Shown here: positions 52,383 to 63,015 of the stretch, piece after piece
Numbering within the stretch: position 1 is the first letter of the stretch
Layout: each line of letters begins with the position of its first letter
From: Candidatus Spongiisociaceae bacterium
Lineage (GTDB): Bacteria; Actinomycetota; Acidimicrobiia; Spongiisociales; Spongiisociaceae
Assembly: GCA_965262915.1 (NCBI GenBank)
Contig: OZ253564.1
Span: 2,048,001-2,112,000, forward strand
DNA length: 64,000 bases
Reading direction: 5' to 3'
The notes under the pieces: model-generated
Told to the model about the DNA's origin: nothing
Database searches by the model: none
Seen by the model: the letters and a program-made list of their open reading frames with translations, nothing else
Translations under genes and position numbers: made by a program

Positions 52383-52455
52383 TCCCCACCCATCTCCGGC
52401 AATCCCGTTCCGGCGCCGGGGGCGCCGGAACGGGATTGCCGGAGATGGGTGGGGA
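52383..52455. repeat. perfect 35-bp inverted repeat with a 3-nt loop
   Basis: TCCCCACCCATCTCCGGCAATCCCGTTCCGGCGCC-GGG-reverse complement; nested in outer IR GAGTCGCAG/CTGCGACTC (52337-52470). Confidence 0.9.
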
Positions 52456-52523
52456 GGAGGGCTGCGACTCAGCCCTATCCACCGGTGTCCGGCCGGGCCT
52501 TCCTCCGTCCCCGGGGGTCCGGT

Positions 52524-52970
52524 TCAGGCGGACTCGATCTCGATGGTTCTCGGCAGCACATCGGGATGCTTCTCCAGGACGACCTCGAGGATCCCGTCCG
52601 AGAGCCTCGCCTCGACCTTGTCGGGGTCGAAGTGCTCGGCCACCCGGATGGAGCGGGAGAACACCCCATCGGCCAGTTCCTGGATCCGGTACGAGGCGCC
52701 TTCGGGGATGACCGGCGAGCGGGTGCCCTTGACGGTCAGCAGGTTGTCGTCGAGCGTCACTTCGAGATCCTCGAGCCGGAATCCGGCGAGTTCGTAGCGG
52801 ACGGCCAGAGCGGTGTCCGATTCGATGACATCGATCCGCGGTAGCCACGCCTGGGCGCCGAACCGGCTGTCGCGGAGCCCGAGGCGGTAGGCCGCCGGGC
52901 GCGGGAACGTCTGGAAGCTGGCTTCCACCTCGTGAGCGAGCTTGAAGGGTCTGGTACGTATTAGGTGCAT
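52524..52970 (-). CDS. Hsp20/alpha-crystallin small heat shock protein
   Basis: PRIDVIE, ELAGF, LTVKG, GVFSRSI, ARLSDGILEV. Confidence 0.9.
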   Translation of the reverse strand: MHLIRTRPFKLAHEVEASFQTFPRPAAYRLGLRDSRFGAQAWLPRIDVIESDTALAVRYELAGFRLEDLEVTLDDNLLTVKGTRSPVIPEGASYRIQELADGVFSRSIRVAEHFDPDKVEARLSDGILEVVLEKHPDVLPRTIEIESA

Positions 52971-53038
52971 TCTTCTTGCCTTTCCTGGATTGGCCAGCGC
53001 GATGGCTCTGTGGCATCCCCTGGCAGTGGTTCATATAA

Positions 53039-53059
53039 TCTAAGGCACTCGGACTCATG
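53039..53059 (-). promoter_or_regulatory. possible degenerate HspR (HAIR-like) site upstream of hsp20
   Basis: Minus strand CATGAGT-N7-CCTTAGA versus consensus CTTGAGT-N7-ACTCAAG; only one half matches well. Confidence 0.3.
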
Positions 53060-53143
53060 TTTATTCCAGTTTCCTGTCGCGTAGTACGGTTCTCTCCGTG
53101 GCCCGGTTGTATCTGGTGGACATGACGGTGACAATGGTCGGCG

Positions 53144-54085
53144 ATGGCAGGCAGCGAGGATCTGACCCTCGGTATCGACCTGGGCGGCACCAAGATGGCC
53201 CTCGCCCATGTGGACTCGGCGGGCCGGATCCTCGATTTGTGGTCGATGCCCCGCCCGGCGACGGCCGAGGCCATGGACATCATGCCAGTGGAGGCGGCGC
53301 GGTCCATGTTGATCCCTCGGGTGAAGGCCATCGGTATCGGCGCGGCCGGGTTGGTGAGGGCCGACGAGGGAGTGCTGGTCTGGGGACCCAACGTCGAGGG
53401 CCATGAGGTACGGTTCAGCGAGATCTTCGAGGCGGAGTTGGGCCTGCCCACGGTGGTGGACAACGACGCCAACCTGGCCGGTCTGGCGGAGGTCCGGATC
53501 GGGTCGGCCCGCGGGTACCGGCACGTGTGCATGATCACGTTGGGAACCGGGATAGGAGGCTGCTGGGTGATAGGTGGCGAGCTGTATAGGGGACGTGCCT
53601 TCGCCGGTGAGATAGGTCACATGGCGGTGGACGTGGGCGGGCCGCGTTGCACCTGCGGCCGGCGAGGCTGCTGGGAGACGTTCGCCTCCGGTCGCCGGCT
53701 CGACGAGATGGCGCGTGACCTGGTGGCCAGGAGGCCGCACGGGCTCGTAGCCAAGATCTCCGATGGCGTCACCCCGACCGGCCGGCATCTCACCCAAGCC
53801 GCTCTGGAGGGTGATCCTGACGCGGTGGACTCGTTGACGGAGATGGCTTGGTGGCTCGGGTTGGGTATCGCCGGACTCGTGGCTGCTTTCGATCCCGAGG
53901 TGGTGGTGATCGGCGGGGGTGTGTCCCGGGCCGGGGACCTGTTCCTGAACGCGGCGCGGCAGGCCTTCGAGGAAGCGCTCGAGGGCGCCGATCATCGGGA
54001 ACCCACCCCGATAGTGGGCGCCGCCCTCGGCGAGGATGCCGGAGTGATAGGCGCCGGTCTGTACGCAAGGGAGTGTTTCCTATGA
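53144..54085 (+). CDS. ROK family sugar kinase (glucokinase-like)
   Basis: GIDLGGTK, DNDAN, TLGTGIGG, GEIGH, CTCGRRGCWE. Confidence 0.92.
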   Translation: MAGSEDLTLGIDLGGTKMALAHVDSAGRILDLWSMPRPATAEAMDIMPVEAARSMLIPRVKAIGIGAAGLVRADEGVLVWGPNVEGHEVRFSEIFEAELGLPTVVDNDANLAGLAEVRIGSARGYRHVCMITLGTGIGGCWVIGGELYRGRAFAGEIGHMAVDVGGPRCTCGRRGCWETFASGRRLDEMARDLVARRPHGLVAKISDGVTPTGRHLTQAALEGDPDAVDSLTEMAWWLGLGIAGLVAAFDPEVVVIGGGVSRAGDLFLNAARQAFEEALEGADHREPTPIVGAALGEDAGVIGAGLYARECFL

Positions 54086-54489
54086 CCAAGGAGTGGCTGG
54101 AGAGAGCACTGTCCGACGACGTTGTTCGCGAGCGGGTTCGGGAGCTTGCGATGCTCGTTCCCAATCTGGCCAAGCTGCTGGGCCGCCTGGCCAGGGATCC
54201 CCGCGTGCCGCTTCGGGCCAAGGTGATAGCCGGCGCGGCGGCTGCCTACGCCTTCTCACCGATCGATCTGGTTCCCGACTTCATCCCCGTTCTCGGACGG
54301 ACCGATGACATCGTGGTGCTGGCCCTCGCTCTGGACCATCTCGTCGAGGAGGCCGGAATGTCGGTGGTCAGGGAACATTGGGACGGACCCGACGAGGTGC
54401 TCTCTTTCATGGTCGATCTGGTCGGAATGTTGGCCGGCCTGGTTCCCCGACCGGTCCGGGTGGCGATCAACAGCTACCTCCGGAGGTAA
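54082..54489 (+). CDS. YkvA/DUF1232 family protein
   Basis: DPRVP, YAFSPIDLVPDFIPVLGRTDD. Confidence 0.9.
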   Translation: MTKEWLERALSDDVVRERVRELAMLVPNLAKLLGRLARDPRVPLRAKVIAGAAAAYAFSPIDLVPDFIPVLGRTDDIVVLALALDHLVEEAGMSVVREHWDGPDEVLSFMVDLVGMLAGLVPRPVRVAINSYLRR

Positions 54490-54647
54490 GCGCCGAGATG
54501 GATGTCCGGGCCGTTACCCTTCCACCGCCCTGATCGTCTCGTGGTAGCCGGCAACGTGGCCGGCTCAGGCGAGCGCATGGGCCGCCGCATCCACACGTCG
54601 CAGGCCCTGTACAGTTCCCGGATTGTCCACCAACCGGGGACTTCTGC

Positions 54648-56286
54648 GTGAAGTACGACCTCGAGACTTTCCGAGGCGACGTGTTCGGCGGCCTGACATC
54701 GGCGGTGGTGGGGCTGCCCTTGGCACTGGCCTTCGGCGTGGTGTCCGGCCTCGGGGCGCTGGCCGGTATGTACGGGGCGATCGCGGTGGGGTTGTTCGCA
54801 GCGGTCTTCGGCGGGACGCGGTCCCAGATATCGGGTCCTACCGGCCCGATGGCGGTGGCGATGGCGGTCATCGTCACCACCTACGCGGAGACCTTGGCCG
54901 AGGCGTTCACGATCGTCATGATGGCGGGTTTGATACAGATACTCCTGGGCGTCATTCGAACCGGTCGTTTCATCGCCTACACGCCTTACTCGGTCATATC
55001 CGGGTTCATGTCCGGCATCGGCGTGATCATCATCCTGTTGCAGACCCTGCCCTTCATGGGTGCGCCTCTCGCCCCGGGCGGGCCGCTCGGAGCGGTACGC
55101 GCCTGGCCGGAGGCGGTGAGCAACTTCGATCTCAGCGCGTTCGCCATCGCCGCTGTCACCCTCGTGGTAGGCGTGACGTGGCCGAAGCGCCATCGCAGGC
55201 GCCTACCGCCCACGCTGGCGGCGCTCATAGCCGGGACGCTGCTGGGCGTGCTCTGGCTGACCGGTACACCGGTCATCGGCGATGTGCCGACCGGCCTTCC
55301 CGACGTGATGTGGCCGGTTCTCTCTCTCGACCTTCTGGTGCGCTCCTTGCAGCCGGCCATGACCCTGGCGCTCCTCGGCTCGATCGACAGCCTCCTCACC
55401 TCTTTGATCGCCGATTCGATGACCCGCACCCGTCACAATCCCGACCGGGAACTGGTGGGCCAAGGGATCGGCAACATAGTCGCGGGCATTGTGGGTGGTC
55501 TGCCCGGCGCCGGGGCACCCTGGGTACGGTGGTTAACCTGCGCGCCGGACCCCGGTCTCGGGGGCGTTGCGCGCCGCGATCCTGCTGGGCCTGGTTCTGG
55601 GTCTCGGCCGCTACGTCAAGGCGATACCCCATGCGGTCCTGGCCGGAATCCTGATGAAGGTGGGTTGGGATATCATCGACTGGCGGTTCCTCACCCCGCA
55701 TCCACCGCGTGCGGCGGGAGCACCTGCTGGTGATGGCGGTCACTCTCGGCCTCACGGTGTTCCTCGATCTAGTCACAGCGGTGGGTCATAGGCCTGATCG
55801 TGGCGGGGATGGTCGCCGCAAGGCAGTTCGAGCGCCTGGAGCTGGACAGCGTGATCTCGGTGCCGCTGCTGGACCATGTGGAGGCATTTCTGCAGAGTGT
55901 CGAGGCGGACGACTTCTCGGCCCGCGTCGGTCTCGTAGCCCTCAGGGGGCTTTCACGGTTGCCTCCTCCAGCAAGATGATCACCACGATCAGGGTGAACA
56001 GTCACAGCGGTGGGTCATAGGCCTGATCCGGGATCACGAGGTGGTCATACTGGACTTCTCAGAGACTGCGTTCATGGACGACAGCGCGGCGTTGGTCGTG
56101 GAGCAGATGATTGATTCCGCCATCGAGGAGGACACCGAGTGCATAGTCATGGGTCTCGGGGGTCAGCCGGCCGACGTGCTCCGCGCTTTGGACGTGCTAC
56201 GGCGTGTTCCCGACGGCCGGATCGCCGTGACCATGGACGACGCGAGGGAGATGGCCCGGCGGATACTCGATGGACGGACCCGGTGA
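54648..56286 (+). pseudogene. SulP/SLC26 anion permease with STAS domain, multiply frameshifted
   Basis: GDVFGGLTSAVVGLPLALAFG, ISGPTGPM, ELVGQG; continues in shifting frames (IPHAVLAGIL, VILDFSETAFMDDS). Confidence 0.87.
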
Positions 56287-56523
56287 TCTCGTGAGTGGAG
56301 ATCCGGGAGGTGGCGCACGCCGACCCGGATCTTTCCAACCTGACACTTCCGCGCCGGCCCGAGGCTTCGCGGACCTGCCTGGACTGAGCGGGGCTCCACC
56401 TCGATCCACCGGGCGCGACAGTGTACGGTAGGGAAGTTGCTCCCCTGATCGGATGAAACTCTTTCCGCGCTCGCCTCTCTCCCGTCGACCGGCTGCGTGC
56501 CCGCCTCTCCGGCACGGTCCCGC

Positions 56524-57738
56524 GTGACGGGTCGCGACACCAACCCGCTGCGGTCGTTCCGCGAACCCAACGTGCGCATCTACTTCGCGGGGCTGGTCGT
56601 CTCGGGGGCCGGCATGTGGGCGCAGGCGACCGCGGTGGTGCTGCTGGTTCGCGCGCTCGGCGGCGGGGGACTCGAGTTGGGGATCGCCACAGCATGCCAG
56701 TTCCTGCCGCTGTTGTTGCTGGGTCTGTATGCGGGCGCGCTGGCCGACCGGTTGGACCGGCGCCGCCTGACCATCGTCATCCAGGCGCTGATGGCTGTCG
56801 AGGTGACCGTGTTGGGATTGGTGGACCTGGCCGATGCCGAGACGCTTCTGATCGTCTACCTGCTGACGCTGATCTCGGGAACCCTGATGGCGTTCAGCAA
56901 CCCGGCCCGCAGGACCCTCCTGACCGAGCTGGTGCCCGCCGACCAGCTGGCCAACGTGGTGTCGCTCGGCACGTCGGTGATCACGGGATCCCGCATCGCG
57001 GGACCCGCCATCGCCGCCCTGCTGGCCACCAGATTCGGGACCGGTTGGGTGTTCATAGCCACAGGAGTGTCCTACCTGGCCTTCCTGTTCGCCGTGGTCC
57101 GGATCGATACGGGTCGCTTCTATCGGCTCCAGCCGGGGCCTCCGTCCGAGACCCCGATCCGCGACGGTCTACGGGCGGTCTGGGGCCAGCCCTCGGTACG
57201 GGTTGTTCTCGTCCTCTTCGGCATCGTCTCGACTTTTGCCTTCAACTACCTGGTGGGACTCCCGCTACTCGTTGCGGACCGGTTCATGGAGGACGAGGCG
57301 GTGTTCGGGTGGATTCTCTCGGCGATGAGCGTCGGCAACGTGGCAGGGGCTCTCCTGACCGCCCGCCTGACCGATGTCTCCCTCTCGTGGACTTTCGGTT
57401 CTGCCGCCGCGATCGCGCTCTTCCAGGGGGCTCTGGCGCTGGCGCCGGGTACCGCGGCGGCTTTCGTGTTCGCGGTGCCCCTGGGCATGGCCGCGGCCGT
57501 ATTCGTCAACGCCTCCACCGTCGTGATCCAGCAGCGGACCGACCCCCGCATGCGCAGCCGCGTGCTGGCCCTGGCCACCGTGCTGTTCCTCGGCTCGCGA
57601 CCGTTGGGTGGGCCGATCACCGGCATCATCGGGGACACCGCCGGGGCGGTGTGGGCCAACCTCTACGGAGCCGTGATCACCGCTGTGGCACTCGTGGTAG
57701 CCCTGGCGGTTTCCCGAACCGTGCTCGCTCGTCGCTGA
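56524..57738 (+). CDS. MFS transporter
   Basis: About 12 TMs, GALADRLDRRR motif A, MRSRV; start uncertain (56497 or 56524). Confidence 0.9.
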   Translation: MTGRDTNPLRSFREPNVRIYFAGLVVSGAGMWAQATAVVLLVRALGGGGLELGIATACQFLPLLLLGLYAGALADRLDRRRLTIVIQALMAVEVTVLGLVDLADAETLLIVYLLTLISGTLMAFSNPARRTLLTELVPADQLANVVSLGTSVITGSRIAGPAIAALLATRFGTGWVFIATGVSYLAFLFAVVRIDTGRFYRLQPGPPSETPIRDGLRAVWGQPSVRVVLVLFGIVSTFAFNYLVGLPLLVADRFMEDEAVFGWILSAMSVGNVAGALLTARLTDVSLSWTFGSAAAIALFQGALALAPGTAAAFVFAVPLGMAAAVFVNASTVVIQQRTDPRMRSRVLALATVLFLGSRPLGGPITGIIGDTAGAVWANLYGAVITAVALVVALAVSRTVLARR

Positions 57739-57784
57739 GGGAGGACCGGTAACGATTGTGGGGGCAGGACGGTCGAAGAACAGC

Positions 57785-58714
57785 GTGAGGTACGCACTTC
57801 TGTTTCCGGGGCAGGGAAGCCAGCAGGTCGGGATGGGCGCCGATCTGTTCGACAGCCAAACGGATCTCCTGGCCGGGGTGTCCGACCGGATCCTCGGGTG
57901 GTCGTTGAGAGAGGTGTGCACGGAGGGTCCTCAGGAGTTGCTGACCGCCACCGACCGGGCCCAGCCCGCCCTGTACGCACTCGCATTCGCCCTGTGGTCG
58001 GAGTTGGCCGCCCGCCTGCGCCGCCCGCCTGTCGCGGCGGCCGGGCATTCCCTCGGCGAGTACACGGCGCTCGCCGCGGCGGGTGTGTTCTCCTTCGAGG
58101 AGGGTCTGAGGTTGGTGGATTCCAGGGCCCGGGCAATGGCGGACGCGGTGAGGATGGAAGAGTCCGGGATGGCCGCGGTGCTGGGGGCCACCGAGGAGCA
58201 GGCCGAGGAGGTGGCCTCCGCCCGCCGCGCAGCTGGGGGACGCCTGTGGGTGGCCAACATCAACGCACCCGGCCAGATCGTCCTGGCGGGGGCTCTCGCG
58301 GACGTCGACTGGTTGGTGGCCGGTGCACGGCGACTCGGTCTCCGGCGTGCCGTGAAGCTCGATGTGGCGGGTGCTTTCCATTCCCCGCTGATGGCCCCGG
58401 CGGTACCTCGGATAGAGGCGGCGCTGGAGGGGGTCGAGCCGAATATGGCGCGCTTCCCGGTGTGGGCCAATGTGACCGGAACTCCGGTGGCCCCCGGAGA
58501 GGTACGCGGTCTCCTCGCCCGCCAAGTGGTGGCGCCGGTACGATTCGCCGCCTCGCTTCGGTCGATGGTCGAGGCAGGTGTCGAGGTGTTCGTCCATGTC
58601 GGGCCGGGCGATGTGACGGCCGGACTGGCCCGGCGGGCGGTGCGGGGATGCCGGGTCATGGTGGTTTCGTCCATAGCCCAAGCCGAGAAAGCCGCCGGGT
58701 TGCTCGAGTTGTAG
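57785..58714 (+). CDS. fabD: malonyl-CoA:ACP transacylase
   Basis: FPGQGSQ, AQPAL, GHSLGEY, GAFHS. Confidence 0.96.
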   Translation: MRYALLFPGQGSQQVGMGADLFDSQTDLLAGVSDRILGWSLREVCTEGPQELLTATDRAQPALYALAFALWSELAARLRRPPVAAAGHSLGEYTALAAAGVFSFEEGLRLVDSRARAMADAVRMEESGMAAVLGATEEQAEEVASARRAAGGRLWVANINAPGQIVLAGALADVDWLVAGARRLGLRRAVKLDVAGAFHSPLMAPAVPRIEAALEGVEPNMARFPVWANVTGTPVAPGEVRGLLARQVVAPVRFAASLRSMVEAGVEVFVHVGPGDVTAGLARRAVRGCRVMVVSSIAQAEKAAGLLEL

Positions 58715-58785
58715 GCCTTGGGCCATCCTCCAATACAATGAGGGGTGGGCAGGCAACCGAGGAAGTAGGAGGAGAGGCAGGAGCC

Positions 58786-59865
58786 GTGGCACGTTACGCC
58801 GAGATCACCGGCTGGGGCAAAGCCCTGCCACCCACGGTGCTTACCAACGCCGACCTTGAGTTGATCGTCGACACCAGCGACAACTGGATCACCACGCGCA
58901 GCGGGATCAAGGAGCGCCGCATCTCCCACGTGGCGGCGTCCGACATGGCGGAACTGGCCGCCCGGCGCGCGGTGGCGGCCGCGGGGATCGATATCGATTC
59001 GGTGGACCTGATCGTCAACGCCACCTGTACCCCCGAATCGATCATTCCCGCCTCCGCTTCCTATGTCCAGGCCAAGCTCGGGGCGGTCAACGCCGGCGCC
59101 ATGGACCTGAATGCGAACTGCTCCGGGTTCGTATACGGGTACGTCACCGTGGATGCGTTGGTCAGATCGGGAGCAGCCGACACCGTCGTGCTGGTCGGGG
59201 TGGAACGTCTCAGTTGGGTGATGGACTATACGGACCGCGGTACCTGCATCCTGTTCGGCGACGGAGCCGGCGCGGTGGTGATGCAGGCGACCGATCTGGA
59301 GACGGGAGTTCTCGGGTCCGTGTTGGGGGTGGATGGGACGATGGCCGACATCCTTTGCGTCCCGAACGACGGGACGGTCCGGCCCGGATCGGCGGGTCCC
59401 GAAACCAGGATCGTGATGGAGGGATCGGACGTATTCCGGCGCGCGGTCACCGCCATGGCCGACGCCTCCGAGTCTGTGGTGCGCCAGGCCGGATGGGAAG
59501 TCGACGACATCGATCTCCTGGTGCCCCACCAGGCCAACCAGCGGATCATCGACGCCACCGCCCGACGCCTCAAGCTGGACCCGTCCAGAGTGTTCCTCAA
59601 CATCCACGCATACGGCAACACGAGCGCCGCCACCATCCCCATCGCCCTGACCGAAGCCATCGAGACCGGCCGGGTGCCGCCTCGCGCCAACCTGCTATTC
59701 GCAGCCTTCGGTGGGGGGCTCACGTGGGCGGCGGCGGCGGTCAGGTTCGGCGAGCGGGTGGAGCCCGTGAGCGAGGCGGAGGGGGAGCTGCCCGCGACCG
59801 ACCAGTCGGTGTGGGACCTGCTCCAGCCCAACTTCGACTACTTCGGGAGGATGGGGCTTACATGA
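58786..59865 (+). CDS. fabH: 3-oxoacyl-ACP synthase III
   Basis: ANCSGF, LFGDGAG, PHQAN, YGNTS, FGGGLTW. Confidence 0.96.
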   Translation: MARYAEITGWGKALPPTVLTNADLELIVDTSDNWITTRSGIKERRISHVAASDMAELAARRAVAAAGIDIDSVDLIVNATCTPESIIPASASYVQAKLGAVNAGAMDLNANCSGFVYGYVTVDALVRSGAADTVVLVGVERLSWVMDYTDRGTCILFGDGAGAVVMQATDLETGVLGSVLGVDGTMADILCVPNDGTVRPGSAGPETRIVMEGSDVFRRAVTAMADASESVVRQAGWEVDDIDLLVPHQANQRIIDATARRLKLDPSRVFLNIHAYGNTSAATIPIALTEAIETGRVPPRANLLFAAFGGGLTWAAAAVRFGERVEPVSEAEGELPATDQSVWDLLQPNFDYFGRMGLT

Positions 59866-60596
59866 GCCGGGTGGTCCTGGTCACCGGCGGTTCCCGAGGG
59901 ATCGGTCGGGCTGTTTCGCTGAACCTCGCGGCCCGGGGACACACGGTGGCGGTCAACTACGCGGCAAGGCAGGACGCGGCCGCTGAAGTAGTGGAGGAGA
60001 TTCTCGCCGGCGGCGGGGAGGCGGGCGCTTTCAAGGCGGATGTCAGCCGATCCGAAGACGTGGCGAGCCTGTTTGCGAGGGTCGCCGAGACCTTCGGCAG
60101 GCCGGAGATACTGATCAACAACGCAGGGACTACCGCGGACGGTCTTCTGGCCCGGCTCGACGAGGCGGCTTGGGACCGGATCATGAACATAAACCTCAAG
60201 TCCGTCTACCTGTGCAGCAAGGCCGCGCTTCGGGGGATGCTGCGGGCCCGGTGGGGGAGGATCGTGTCGCTCGGCTCGGTGGCCGGGGTGTCCGGCAACG
60301 CCGGCCAGACCAACTACGCGGCCTCCAAGGCCGGTGTCATCGCCTTCTCCAAGTCCCTCTCCAAAGAGGTCGGCTCCCGGGGTATTACCGTGAATGTCGT
60401 AGCTCCCGGGTTCATCGAGACCGATCTCACCTCAAGGTTGGGGACAGGCATCGTCGAGCGGGTACGCTCAAGCACGAGCCTCGGCCGGCTCGGTCGGCCC
60501 GGAGAGGTTGCGTCGGCCGTCGGGTACCTGGCATCGGACGAAGCGTCATTCATAACGGGGCAGGTTCTGGTGGTCGACGGTGGACTCGCCCTGTGA
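59862..60596 (+). CDS. fabG: 3-oxoacyl-ACP reductase
   Basis: [30 protein letters not shown]. Confidence 0.96.
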   Translation: MSRVVLVTGGSRGIGRAVSLNLAARGHTVAVNYAARQDAAAEVVEEILAGGGEAGAFKADVSRSEDVASLFARVAETFGRPEILINNAGTTADGLLARLDEAAWDRIMNINLKSVYLCSKAALRGMLRARWGRIVSLGSVAGVSGNAGQTNYAASKAGVIAFSKSLSKEVGSRGITVNVVAPGFIETDLTSRLGTGIVERVRSSTSLGRLGRPGEVASAVGYLASDEASFITGQVLVVDGGLAL

Positions 60597-60638
60597 GTCG
60601 AGACCTTTGAACTAAAGCACACCAAGGGAGAAAGCAAG

Positions 60639-60881
60639 ATGGATCGCTCGGAAGTCCAGTCCAAGATGCGGGAGCTGCTTGTGGAGGAACTCGGCCTCGA
60701 TGCCTCCAAGATCAACGACGGGGCACGGTTCGAAGAAGACCTGGAGGTGGATTCTCTGGGTGTCGTGGAGCTACTGATGGCGCTCGAGGACGAGTTCGGG
60801 GTGAGGATTCCCGACGAGGAAGCCGAGAACATCACCGCGGTCGGCGAAGCGGTCGACTTGGTGCTCGCCAAGCTCTCCTAG
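60639..60881 (+). CDS. acpP: acyl carrier protein
   Basis: DLEVDSLGVVELLMALEDEF. Confidence 0.95.
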   Translation: MDRSEVQSKMRELLVEELGLDASKINDGARFEEDLEVDSLGVVELLMALEDEFGVRIPDEEAENITAVGEAVDLVLAKLS

Positions 60882-60982
60882 GAGGGTGGTCTAAAACGGT
60901 GGGGAGCAACGGCCCGTCTTCCTCTGAACAGGCATTATGTCATCGGTCGACGGCCCGTGAAGGGGTTTCACACCATCCTCCT
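60880..60982 (-). repeat. family A element, copy 4 (diverged, reverse orientation)
   Basis: AGGAGGGTGGT...ACCATCCTCCT with CTAG at both ends; minus-strand core CGATGACATAATGCCTGTTCAG resembles CGATGGCAAGATGC. Confidence 0.7.
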
Positions 60983-61146
60983 AGTGGTCTGGCTGTGAAA
61001 AGGCTGCGTGGTATGCGTCGGCAGCGGCGTTCCTCGCAAGGCCCGCCGACGAAGGCGTACCGGCAGCGTACGTCGAGGAGGCGGAACACAGCGAGGGGCG
61101 TCGATGGCTGCCAGAGCACGCCAAGTTGTTTTGCAGACAGACCACT
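60983..61146. repeat. family B element, copy 3 (reverse orientation, 164 bp)
   Basis: Reverse complement aligns end to end with 1037-1201. Confidence 0.85.
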
Positions 61147-61172
61147 GGCCGGATTCGTCTCGGGAACAATCG

Positions 61173-62429
61173 ATGCGTGAAAAGGCGCGCCGGGTGGTGG
61201 TCACCGGAATGGGGGCTCTCACCCCCTTGGGCCACACGGTCGGCGAAGCATGGAAAGCCGCCGTGGCGGGGGTCTCCGGGATAGGACCCATCACCCAGTT
61301 CGATCCTTCCGGTGTGGAGACGTCCTTCGCCGGGGAGGTCAGGGGGTGGGATCCGGAATCGGTGATCATCAGGCGGGAGGCCCGGCGCCTCGACCGCTCC
61401 GCCCAGCTCTTCATCGGGGCTGCCCAGCAGGCGATGGACGACGCCGGTATGGACTTTGTCGGCGATGCCGAGGATGCGGACCGGGCCGGGGTGGTGGTCG
61501 GCTCCGGTCTGGGCGGGATGCTGTCGTTCGACAACCAGATCAAGGTGATGATGAGCCGGGGCGCACGCCGGATCAGTCCCCTCGCCGTCACCATGATCAT
61601 TCCCAACGAGGCCGCAGGGGTGGCGTCGATCCGGTTCAACATGCGGGGGCCGGTGACCTGCGTGGTGACGGCCTGCGCCGCATCGGCCAACGCCATCGGG
61701 GACGCGGCCGAGATCATCCGTCGCGGAGCAGCCGATGTCATGCTGGCGGGCGGCGCCGAGGCGACGATCTGCGAGTTCGGAATCGGATCGTTCAACAAGA
61801 GCCGGGCGCTCAGCACCCGGAACGACGATCCCGCCCGGGCCTCCCGGCCCTTCGACCGGGACCGGGACGGGTTCGTGATGTCGGAGGGAGGCGCTTGCCT
61901 GATTCTCGAGGACCGGGAGCGAGCCGTGGCGCGGGGTGCTCGGGTCTACGGCGAGGTGATCGGATACGGCATGACGTCGGATGCCTTCCACGTCACCCTG
62001 CCGAAGCCCGGCGGCCGGGGCGCGGCCAGAGCGATGGAGGCGGCCCTCGATGACGCCGGCCTCCGACCGGAGCAGGTCGACTACATAAACGCCCACGGCA
62101 CCTCGACCAAGGCCAACGACGTCACCGAAACGCTGGCGATCAAGCTGGCGCTGGGTGACAGAGCGGCCCGGGCGGTCCCGATCTCGTCCACCAAGTCGAT
62201 GAGCGGGCATCTGATGGGGGGTGCGGGGGCCATCGAATCGATCTTCTGCCTCCAGACGATCAACTCGGGCTTGATACTCCCGACGATCAACTACACCACG
62301 CCGGACCCCGAGTGCGATCTCGACTACGTGCCCAACGAGGCACGCGAGGCGCAGGTCGAATACGCCATGACCAACTCGTTCGGCTTCGGGGGGCACAACG
62401 TCTCGCTGATTTTCGGACCCGGGTCGTAG
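61173..62429 (+). CDS. fabF: 3-oxoacyl-ACP synthase II
   Basis: RRVVVTGMG, TACAAS, NAHGTST, KSMSGHLMG, NSFGFGGHN. Confidence 0.96.
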   Translation: MREKARRVVVTGMGALTPLGHTVGEAWKAAVAGVSGIGPITQFDPSGVETSFAGEVRGWDPESVIIRREARRLDRSAQLFIGAAQQAMDDAGMDFVGDAEDADRAGVVVGSGLGGMLSFDNQIKVMMSRGARRISPLAVTMIIPNEAAGVASIRFNMRGPVTCVVTACAASANAIGDAAEIIRRGAADVMLAGGAEATICEFGIGSFNKSRALSTRNDDPARASRPFDRDRDGFVMSEGGACLILEDRERAVARGARVYGEVIGYGMTSDAFHVTLPKPGGRGAARAMEAALDDAGLRPEQVDYINAHGTSTKANDVTETLAIKLALGDRAARAVPISSTKSMSGHLMGGAGAIESIFCLQTINSGLILPTINYTTPDPECDLDYVPNEAREAQVEYAMTNSFGFGGHNVSLIFGPGS

Positions 62430-62475
62430 CCGGCGGTTGCCGGCAGCCGCTTGTTGGTGTGGCGATGCGGCTGGG

Positions 62476-62727
62476 TCAGGAGTCGTCGTCGTGTTCGGGA
62501 GCAGGGCTGCGGGTGGTGCCGACGGTGAGCAGGAGTCCGAGGACCGTGACGAGCGCCGCCAGGCCCAGAAGGATTCCCAGGACGAGGGGGATCCTTCCCA
62601 GCAGGGCGCCGACGCCGAGGGTGACCATGCCGAGTATCAGGGTGGCCGTTCCCCCCAGGACCAGCCCGACCAATCCGAAGTCGGCCAGGGAACCCGAATC
62701 CGGCGCCTTCGATCTCCCGAGGTTCAT
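62476..62727 (-). CDS. small hypothetical membrane protein
   Basis: Two hydrophobic segments; ATGA overlap with the upstream gene. Confidence 0.55.
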   Translation of the reverse strand: MNLGRSKAPDSGSLADFGLVGLVLGGTATLILGMVTLGVGALLGRIPLVLGILLGLAALVTVLGLLLTVGTTRSPAPEHDDDS

Positions 62728-63014
62728 TCCTCGCCGGCGGTCTCGTCGTGGCCGGAGGAGAACCTGCCTTCCGCTCCGCTCTCCGCACCGGCCTCCCACT
62801 CCCGCCACTCGTGCAGGGAGCGGTCGGCCAGCACGACGACGATTCCCACGCCGGCGGCCGCAACCAGCCCCGAGACCAGGCCGACCGCCACGTTGGAGAA
62901 CAGTGTGCAGGTGCTACCGGCACACCCCACCCGAGCGACCGTCCATCCGATGAAGCCACCCGCGAAGCCGGCCGCCAGTACCGGTATCAGGAAGCTGTAG
63001 CGAGGACGGAGCAT
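62724..63014 (-). CDS. small hypothetical membrane protein
   Basis: Two TMs joined by a CAGSTC loop; operon-like spacing. Confidence 0.6.
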   Translation of the reverse strand: MLRPRYSFLIPVLAAGFAGGFIGWTVARVGCAGSTCTLFSNVAVGLVSGLVAAAGVGIVVVLADRSLHEWREWEAGAESGAEGRFSSGHDETAGEE

Positions 63015-63015
63015 T

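Noticed and set aside
53041-53070. CIRCE element upstream of hsp20
   Set aside because: Only a GGCACTC half site; no GAGTGC arm 9 nt later.
57898-58785. Long N-terminal extensions of fabH (likewise fabG, hisF, hisH, hisD, pntB) in the ORF track
   Set aside because: Open alternative frames over upstream genes in high-GC DNA; true starts lie at the overlaps with upstream stops or after clear RBSs.
61008-61172. N-terminal extension of FabF in the ORF track
   Set aside because: It is read-through of the family B repeat; FabF homology starts at ATG 61173.
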